From positions 1-13,708 of the forward strand of contig JBEKGO010000048.1 in the NCBI GenBank assembly GCA_050012755.1: a stretch of 13,708 nt of DNA. Reading direction: 5' to 3'. Positions within the stretch are counted from its first letter, which is position 1, and each line of letters opens with the position of its first letter. The position numbers and the translations under genes were made by a program. Of the stretch, positions 1-5,825 are shown piece after piece. The stretch is from Candidatus Bathyarchaeia archaeon. Lineage in GTDB: Archaea > Thermoproteota > Bathyarchaeia > Bathyarchaeales > Bathycorpusculaceae. Below the pieces are notes generated by a model. The model did not search any database and was not told the origin of the DNA. It saw nothing but the letters and a program-made list of their open reading frames with translations.

Positions 1-1236
1 GACAGGGTTGCCTGCAGTGATGTTTACTACCTGTTTGATAGGTGGCGTACCTGGGACATTGTATCCTGCGGGCTGGTATATTGTCATTTTGCCGACAGTG
101 CTGTTGATGTAGTAGCCTATCAAGTCTCCGTTAGAATCTGCTTCTTTTATCATTGAAGTACCGTTAACGACGCTAAGGACGTATTCACCAGTGGTAGCAG
201 AATACATATTGTATTCTGTTCCAGTGTTGTTTATCTTGACTCCTCCGGTGTCTGCCGCAGGGAGACTTCCTGTTGTCCACAAGTACGGACCGATCACACC
301 GTACATGTTTGGCGTCTGATAATCGGTTTCCATTCCGAATGCCAATGCGTTAGTCGTGTTTATGACGAACTGTGTTTGACCAGTAAAGAGGTCTGTACAG
401 ACGATGCCAGCTGAGTATCCTGTTGTTTCTGCATACCATGTTGCATAAAGCCTGCCGTCCATTATCACTGGTGAGAATTGAGGCTCGTACTGTCTTGTTG
501 ACCAGTAGTGTCCATTCGTTTCTGTTCCGCCTGCTGCTCCTCCGACTACGCCGCCTGCCGCCCAAGCTTTAGTCCAGATAAGGTGTCCTGAAGTTACTGA
601 TTCAGTGTATGGATTGCACATGCTTGATTGATTGTAATATCCGGCTGTTGCCATTCCCCATGGTCCCATAATGCTGTACCAGTTTTGTACGTTTTCTGCG
701 GTAACTGGAGTTTGCCACCATGATGTCGGAAGGGGTGTCCATTGGTAAGAGGTTTGAGTTATCGGTGTCTCCTGTACCACAAGTGTTGCGATATTGCTTT
801 GGCTAGGAAGCTCCACTAGACCTCCATATCCTGAGCCTCCCGCTACACCAGTTGTCACTTGTCCGCCGTAGAAGAACTGGAAGGTCCAATCGCCAACTTT
901 GGTTGGAACAAAATCAAAGTGGGATCCTCCTGTCGTGTCGCCCGTAAAGGGACCTTGGATTTGGGTGTTGCCGTCGGGATCTGTGATTTTGACAGTCATA
1001 TTTACTGGACGGTCGCTGGATTCTATCGGTATAGCTAGGAAGAAGTTGACGTTGACTATTTGACCGACGCCTATTGGGTTTGGACCCACGTTAATGTAAG
1101 CATAAGTTGGAATTTGCGTTCCTGCTGCATAGTAAACATCACCCCGCACTATTGGAAATATTGCTAAGCTGATCATTGAAAGCATAAAGAACATAGCAAT
1201 CGTAATTGTTATGGTTTTATTTTTCAATATTTTCAT
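1..1236 (-). CDS. Secreted/surface protein, probable PQQ-binding-like beta-propeller repeat family; 3' end lies beyond the left window edge (412 codons visible)
   Basis: Translated by hand: open from ATG at 1236 to base 1 with no stop, which is why the ORF track omits it. It starts MKILKNKTITITIAMFFMLSMISLAIFPIVRG (basic N-region plus hydrophobic signal peptide), then TYAYINVGPNPIGVGQ, KITDPDG, PTKVGDWTFQFFY, WTPLPTSWWQTPV, GHLIWTKAWAAGGVVGG, PVIMDGRLY and CTDLFTGQT. These motifs resemble the expanded Bathyarchaeia PQQ-like family (recognised from memory, not by search). RBS GGAGGAG lies upstream. Confidence 0.85.
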   Translation of the reverse strand, partial: MKILKNKTITITIAMFFMLSMISLAIFPIVRGDVYYAAGTQIPTYAYINVGPNPIGVGQIVNVNFFLAIPIESSDRPVNMTVKITDPDGNTQIQGPFTGDTTGGSHFDFVPTKVGDWTFQFFYGGQVTTGVAGGSGYGGLVELPSQSNIATLVVQETPITQTSYQWTPLPTSWWQTPVTAENVQNWYSIMGPWGMATAGYYNQSSMCNPYTESVTSGHLIWTKAWAAGGVVGGAAGGTETNGHYWSTRQYEPQFSPVIMDGRLYATWYAETTGYSAGIVCTDLFTGQTQFVINTTNALAFGMETDYQTPNMYGVIGPYLWTTGSLPAADTGGVKINNTGTEYNMYSATTGEYVLSVVNGTSMIKEADSNGDLIGYYINSTVGKMTIYQPAGYNVPGTPPIKQVVNITAGNPV

Positions 1237-1243
1237 TTTTTTT

Positions 1244-1250
1244 CTCCTCC
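1244..1250 (-). promoter_or_regulatory. Shine-Dalgarno site (GGAGGAG) of the secreted beta-propeller gene
   Basis: ctcctcc on the + strand, 7 nt upstream of the ATG at 1236. Confidence 0.8.
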
Positions 1251-1282
1251 AAAATTGTGATATTCTTTATCAATGTGAAGTG

Positions 1283-1290
1283 TTAATAAG
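1283..1290 (-). promoter_or_regulatory. Candidate archaeal TATA box (CTTATTAA)
   Basis: TATA-like octamer ~47 nt upstream of the start codon, which leaves room for a short SD-containing leader. Confidence 0.45.
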
Positions 1291-1423
1291 GCGCCCTCAC
1301 CTATCGTGAATACAAAAAAACGCTATTTTTCATTCCTATCAGAATTTGTTTTTATTAAATCGTGCTGTTTTTTCATCGAATTAGATGGGTTTGCTGAGGC
1401 TCTGGACACTGCAAAGGAGAAAG

Positions 1424-1571
1424 ACGCTATTTTCGTCTATTTCATTCGGGTGAAAGCTCAAGTGCCAACCACAATCATGATTCCGTCAAAGAGGGCAACA
1501 ACTCCAAGATCGATCCCTAAAGATTGGATCTGAAGAAGCACTCATGCTGCAGCTGTAGGTTAAGAGTCCAT
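1424..1571 (-). pseudogene. Degenerate copy of the 3' end of the ABC-2 permease gene (3394..4164)
   Basis: 1424-1550 aligns without gaps to 3381-3507 with 114/127 identities. It translates as AA*VLLQIQSLGIDLGVVALFDGIMIVVGT*AFTRMK* against intact AAWAPLQIQSLGVDLGVVALFDGIMIVVGTWAFTRMK*. After a net 29-nt deletion, 1552-1571 (gctgtaggttaagagtccat) matches 3538-3559 (gccgtaggttagcgggttccat). Confidence 0.93.
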
Positions 1572-1997
1572 TGAGTTTGAAAATGAAGATGATGATATTT
1601 TCTTCGACTCTTTCTTTGAACTATTAAGTAACAATAATAACAATTTTCTTAATGTAACTTAAATAATGTAGAAGCACAATAACACAGAATTAAGCTTCTT
1701 TTTCTTTATGCTTCATTTTATTTTCCTAAAATTACATTATAGGAAATAGGCAAAGATGACTCAAGCTTGAAAAGTATAAGAATGGCAAGCGGGCTACGCC
1801 TCATTCTCAAATGAGGTTGGCAACCTAAGAGCTGAGAGTTGGTTTTCTAAATCTATACATAAACGTGGCAGAAGAAGTCTGGCTTGAAAATTGGAAAACA
1901 TATTAAGACAAAAACCTAAATTGCAAACGTCAACGCTTCCATCTGAGCAGCAAATTCTTCGCTGAGTCAAAACAGTAGCCGAGCATTTGATAGAAAG

Positions 1998-3281
1998 CTA
2001 GTGTTCTTTGTTTTTCGGGTCTGAGATTTTCAGCGCAACTGTCAAGCCTAAGGGCAGAGCCATTGCAGCGAACAAAGCGAAAGGCACCCAAGTCCCAATG
2101 TAAGAATAGAGAAATCCGACAAGGAGGTAGACAAAAGCTTGAGCGATGTATGTGAAAAACTGCAAGCCGCCGAATGCCCTGCCGCGATTCGCCCGTGGGA
2201 TAAGGTCTCCGAGCAGAGCTTGAGAACCATTGGCTTCAAGGATGTTTGCGAAACCAAGTAGGAAAAACGACACAAGAAGCATATAGAAGTTAGCCCTCAC
2301 AAAAAGCAGCATAGCAGGAACGTACAGCAAGTACCCTAATAGAAGATATCGTTTTCTTCCAGTCATATCCATTCTGAAGCCTGCAAAAAGAAGCGGCAAC
2401 ATTGGTCCGAGAGCCATCATAGCTGCGGCAATGGCGTATTGAGATCCAGTTATCTTAAGGGTTTCTGTAGCGTAAAGAACCAGAAAGATTTGGCAAGCTG
2501 CAGTTATGCTATTAATCCCGACAGATGTTATCAACAGGTAATACGCCGATTTGGGCGCTTCCCTCCAGACCTTCAAGCTTTCTCTTACGGTTTGGCCGTA
2601 CTGACGAAATGCCTTCAAAAAATTTGGTCGTGCGCTTTGGTTTTGTGTAGGTAGCGTCTCTTTGAGTTTTAACCGTACTATGCATGCTGCTATGTAAGCA
2701 GCGAATACAATAGTATAGGCGATCCGCATGCCAAGAATGGATTGTGGCGAGATGTAGTTGCCCTTGACCAGAACTAATGCTCCCGCGATTAAGGGCGCTG
2801 GAACCGCGATCAAGCCTGTTACAACCGAGTAGAAATTTAATCCTGTGGCTCGTTTAGAGGGGTGGAGCGAGTCGATCATCATAGAGAACAGAGCAGGTCT
2901 GTAGATTAGGCAGAGGTTCTGAGTAACCAAGCCCACGACAATCCATTGCCATGAGGGTGCAAAGATAAAGAATAGGTAACAGAAAGTCAACCCGAAAGTC
3001 ATGACGGTGACAAGCCATTTTCTGCCATGTTGATCGGCAAGGTATCCGCCTGGAAACTGAACGAAGGCGATAGCTAAGGAGCTGAGAAAAAACATTCCCG
3101 AAAGCATAAACGGGGTAGCGCCGAGGCTGACGAAGTATTTGGAGCTAAATGTATCGGAAATCGGCGAAGCGCCATTCATGAGTATCCAAGTTATCAGAAG
3201 CAACAGGAAGTTGCCTGAGAGAACGGCGTCTTCACCCGTCAGGCGTTCAGAAACCTGTAGTTTATTTCCGAATAGAGGCAA
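1998..3281 (-). CDS. MFS transporter (probably 12 TM; drug/metabolite:H+ type)
   Basis: 427 aa with many hydrophobic segments. MFS motif A appears in both halves (GGYLADQHGRKW; GFRMDMTGRKR), followed by the typical loop ends DSLHPSKRATG and DLIPRANRGRAFG. TTG start. Confidence 0.93.
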   Translation of the reverse strand: MPLFGNKLQVSERLTGEDAVLSGNFLLLLITWILMNGASPISDTFSSKYFVSLGATPFMLSGMFFLSSLAIAFVQFPGGYLADQHGRKWLVTVMTFGLTFCYLFFIFAPSWQWIVVGLVTQNLCLIYRPALFSMMIDSLHPSKRATGLNFYSVVTGLIAVPAPLIAGALVLVKGNYISPQSILGMRIAYTIVFAAYIAACIVRLKLKETLPTQNQSARPNFLKAFRQYGQTVRESLKVWREAPKSAYYLLITSVGINSITAACQIFLVLYATETLKITGSQYAIAAAMMALGPMLPLLFAGFRMDMTGRKRYLLLGYLLYVPAMLLFVRANFYMLLVSFFLLGFANILEANGSQALLGDLIPRANRGRAFGGLQFFTYIAQAFVYLLVGFLYSYIGTWVPFALFAAMALPLGLTVALKISDPKNKEH

Positions 3282-3380
3282 CTTGCCTTATGAATTTATT
3301 TTAGCGTATTTACGTCTTAACCAAAACAAAATGCAAAAAACTCATGTACAACGGGGCTTTCAACTGCTTCTTGAAGGAAA

Positions 3381-3507
3381 ACGCCGTTTTCGTCTATTTC
3401 ATTCGTGTGAAAGCCCAAGTGCCAACCACGATCATGATTCCGTCAAAGAGGGCAACTACTCCAAGATCGACCCCTAGAGATTGGATTTGAAGAGGTGCCC
3501 ATGCTGC
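3381..3507. repeat. Direct repeat, intact copy (partner at 1424-1550; offset 1957 bp)
   Basis: Base-by-base alignment: 13 mismatches in 127 bp, no gaps. Confidence 0.95.
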
Positions 3508-4164
3508 TCCTAACGTGACATGTCTTAGTGCATCAATGCCGTAGGTTAGCGGGTTCCATGTGGCGACTGCGGTTAACCAACTGGGGAGGCTTCCTCCTTT
3601 GAGAGGAAACAGTGCGCCGCTCAAGAAGAATAGTGGAAGGTTCACGAATGTCTGTATGGCGCCGAAGCCTTCTAGGTTTCCCACGAAGCTTGCAATTGTT
3701 AATCCTATGCTAACTAAGCCAAAGGTGACAAGAAGCATTATTGGCAAGGCGTAAAGAAGCGCAATTGGGTTTATTTTAACACCCAGTGCTAAGCCGATGA
3801 CAAAGACTATTATGCCCTGCAGAAAAGCGTCAGTGCTGTCTCCAACCATTTTGCCAAGAAAAATCGTTAGGCGGGAAACTGGGGAAACCAAGATTTCTTT
3901 CATGAAGCCGAATTCTTTGTCCCAGATAACGTTTATGCCCATGAACATTGCTGTGAAAAGCAGTGTCTGACCGATTATGCCTGGAAGAATTACCTGTTGA
4001 TAGTTTAGGTTTGCAGGCAGCAGAAATCTTGTGCTGAAGGCAGCGGCGAAAATGACAAGCCACAGCAAGGGTTGAATGAAACTGGTTACAAGCCGTGTTC
4101 TGTCTCGCAGAAACCGCTTGATTTCTCTAAGCCAAAGCGTGTAGAATCCTCTGATTTCACTCAT
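3394..4164 (-). CDS. ABC-2 type exporter permease (DrrB-like)
   Basis: 256 aa. WLREIKRFLRDR N-terminus, DKEFGFMKEILVSPVSR coupling helix, FLSGALFP and NPLTYGIDALR motifs. ATGA overlap with the upstream ATPase stop. Confidence 0.95.
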   Translation of the reverse strand: MSEIRGFYTLWLREIKRFLRDRTRLVTSFIQPLLWLVIFAAAFSTRFLLPANLNYQQVILPGIIGQTLLFTAMFMGINVIWDKEFGFMKEILVSPVSRLTIFLGKMVGDSTDAFLQGIIVFVIGLALGVKINPIALLYALPIMLLVTFGLVSIGLTIASFVGNLEGFGAIQTFVNLPLFFLSGALFPLKGGSLPSWLTAVATWNPLTYGIDALRHVTLGAAWAPLQIQSLGVDLGVVALFDGIMIVVGTWAFTRMK

Positions 4165-5150
4165 CTTATTGCCCTCCTACGAGCAGCTGCGGCTCCATGC
4201 AGTTCCTTGGTTGAATCTTCACGGATTGATCGTCCAGTATAATGCAAGAAAACATCTTCAAGGTTAGGTTCGCGTAAAACTAAAGATTCGACATAGATGT
4301 TGTTTTGGGTGGCTAACTCCATAATTCTTGGCATGACTGATTTTCCGTTGCGGACGGTTATTTCAAGTGCTCCTTCGACGATTTGTTTTTTGTCGAGCCC
4401 TAACCATTTTGTTACAAGTTCTGAGAGGGCATCCACGTTGTTTGCTCTGACGACGACCACGTCGCCTTCAAGCGTCTCCTTAAGGTTTGAAGGGGAATCT
4501 AAAATTACGATTTTGCCGTGATCCATGATGGCTATGCGATCTGATAGCCTGTCTGCCTCATCCATGTAATGAGTAGTTAAAACCACCGTAATATCATGGG
4601 CTTTCTTTAAATCGCGAATGTACTTCCAAATGTGATCTCTTGTTTGTGGATCTAACCCGACCGTGGGCTCATCTAAAAACAGCACTTTTGGGTAATGAAT
4701 TAAGCCGCGTCCAAGCTCTAAGCGGCGTCTCATGCCGCCCGAGTATGTGCGTAATAAGTCGTCTGCCCTGTCATCTAACTCTACAAGTTCTAGAATGTTT
4801 TTTATGCGTTCTTTCTGCTCGGACGCCGGAACCCCATAGAGGTTAGCATGCATGTAGAGGTTTTCTCTGCCTGTTAACCTGTCGTCGATGCTTGGGTCTT
4901 GAAAAACAATCCCGATTGATTTGCGCACTTTGTTTGCTTCTTTAACGATGTCATAGCCGTTCACTGTGGCTGAGCCAGCTGTTGGCTTAAGAATGGTGCA
5001 AAGCATTGAGATGGCCGTAGTCTTGCCTGCACCGTTGGGCCCAAGTAACCCGAAGATTTCACCTGACTCTACAGTTATATCTAGTTTATCGACTGCCTTG
5101 AGCGAGCCATAAGTTTTTGTTAGCTGATGCGTTTCGATGATATGGGTCAT
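4161..5150 (-). CDS. ABC exporter ATP-binding subunit (DrrA-like, with C-terminal extension)
   Basis: Walker A GPNGAGKT, Q-loop VFQD, signature YSGGMRRR, Walker B LFLDEPT, H-loop TTHYMDEAD, C-terminal EPNLEDVFLHYTG. Confidence 0.96.
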   Translation of the reverse strand: MTHIIETHQLTKTYGSLKAVDKLDITVESGEIFGLLGPNGAGKTTAISMLCTILKPTAGSATVNGYDIVKEANKVRKSIGIVFQDPSIDDRLTGRENLYMHANLYGVPASEQKERIKNILELVELDDRADDLLRTYSGGMRRRLELGRGLIHYPKVLFLDEPTVGLDPQTRDHIWKYIRDLKKAHDITVVLTTHYMDEADRLSDRIAIMDHGKIVILDSPSNLKETLEGDVVVVRANNVDALSELVTKWLGLDKKQIVEGALEITVRNGKSVMPRIMELATQNNIYVESLVLREPNLEDVFLHYTGRSIREDSTKELHGAAAARRRAIR

Positions 5151-5189
5151 TTTTCAGGATTTCTCTTTCAGCTATTGGAATGCAGGGGG

Positions 5190-5237
5190 ATTTAAGGGTT
5201 TATTTCTGGTATTTCAGTTATTCCGTAACATTAAAAT
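5190..5237. promoter_or_regulatory. Back-to-back candidate TATA boxes for the divergent ABC operon and OsmC-like gene
   Basis: CTTAAAT on the - strand (5190-5196), preceded by purine-rich AATAAAC and ~40 nt from ATG 5150. ATTAAAAT on the + strand (5230-5237), ~33 nt from TTG 5270. Confidence 0.45.
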
Positions 5238-5269
5238 TTCTATTTGACCAAATGGAAAATGGTGATTTT

Positions 5270-5707
5270 TTGCCAGAATTGAATTTTGAAGGAGTGGCTA
5301 CTTGGAATGGCAGAACCGAATGCACTCTCTCGGTCAAAGGAAAAGAGCTCGTAACAGTTAGTCCGCCTCCAATGTTTGGTGGAAAAGAAGGCTACTGCGT
5401 ACCTGAAGACATTTTTGCTGCTGCCTTAGCCTCATGCATAAACACGTTGTTTCTGCTTATTGCCAAAAACAGCCAGCTTGGACTTAAAAGTCTTGAAACT
5501 AAAGCAATTGTGAAAATGAATATTGAAGGCATGGAGAAACTGATCTTCACAGACGTGCATTTCATGATGAACGTCGGTTTACAAACTGATAATGAACGGG
5601 AACGCAAAAAAGCAAATACAGTGTATGGCATGGCGCAGAAGATTTGTCCGATTAGGCAGTCTTGGGGCGAAGCTGTTCCAATAAGTTTTGAATTGAATTT
5701 TAAGTAA
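5270..5707 (+). CDS. OsmC/Ohr-family protein (two-cysteine peroxiredoxin-like), 145 aa
   Basis: PPMFGG...PEDIFAAALASC and QKICPI carry the two conserved OsmC/Ohr cysteines. I moved the start from 5180 to the in-frame TTG at 5270 because GGTGA lies at 5261-5265 and the longer version would run across both promoters. Confidence 0.88.
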   Translation: MPELNFEGVATWNGRTECTLSVKGKELVTVSPPPMFGGKEGYCVPEDIFAAALASCINTLFLLIAKNSQLGLKSLETKAIVKMNIEGMEKLIFTDVHFMMNVGLQTDNERERKKANTVYGMAQKICPIRQSWGEAVPISFELNFK

Positions 5708-5723
5708 GAATTTTTGGATCCAA

Positions 5724-5737
5724 TTTCTTTTTTGTTT
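5724..5737 (+). terminator. Candidate archaeal U-rich terminator after the OsmC-like gene
   Basis: tttcttttttgttt 16 nt after the stop codon, in a convergent intergenic region. Confidence 0.4.
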
Positions 5738-5825
5738 CAGGAAATGCGCTTGATGCTCGGACAGAATATAGCTCTGCCCCTAATAATCAAGCATCAGTGC
5801 GTTGGAATAACCTATTTGCATTGTG

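Noticed and set aside
350-565. 71-aa Arg-rich ORF
   Set aside because: Alternative frame inside the long 1..1236 gene; the Arg/Ser run comes from Gly/Ala codons read out of frame.
1320-1433. 10-bp direct repeat acgctatttt (1320-1329 and 1424-1433) as a possible target-site duplication
   Set aside because: Short and T-rich, and the 94 nt between the copies show no terminal inverted repeats.
1306-1533. 75-aa + strand ORF whose C-terminal half overlaps the repeat
   Set aside because: It is the antisense reading of the permease remnant plus intergenic DNA. It has no RBS and no recognisable motif.
1458-1544. TGA recoded as Trp (alternative genetic code), because both Trp codons are TGA in the copy
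   Set aside because: TGA is the normal stop of genes in this window (4161, 5826, 10637, 12851). The copy also has deletions and an in-frame TAA just upstream, so it is a pseudogene fragment.
5180-5269. 30-aa N-terminal extension of the OsmC-like ORF
   Set aside because: It overlaps both divergent promoters. The GGTGA + TTG start at 5270 gives a family-typical length.
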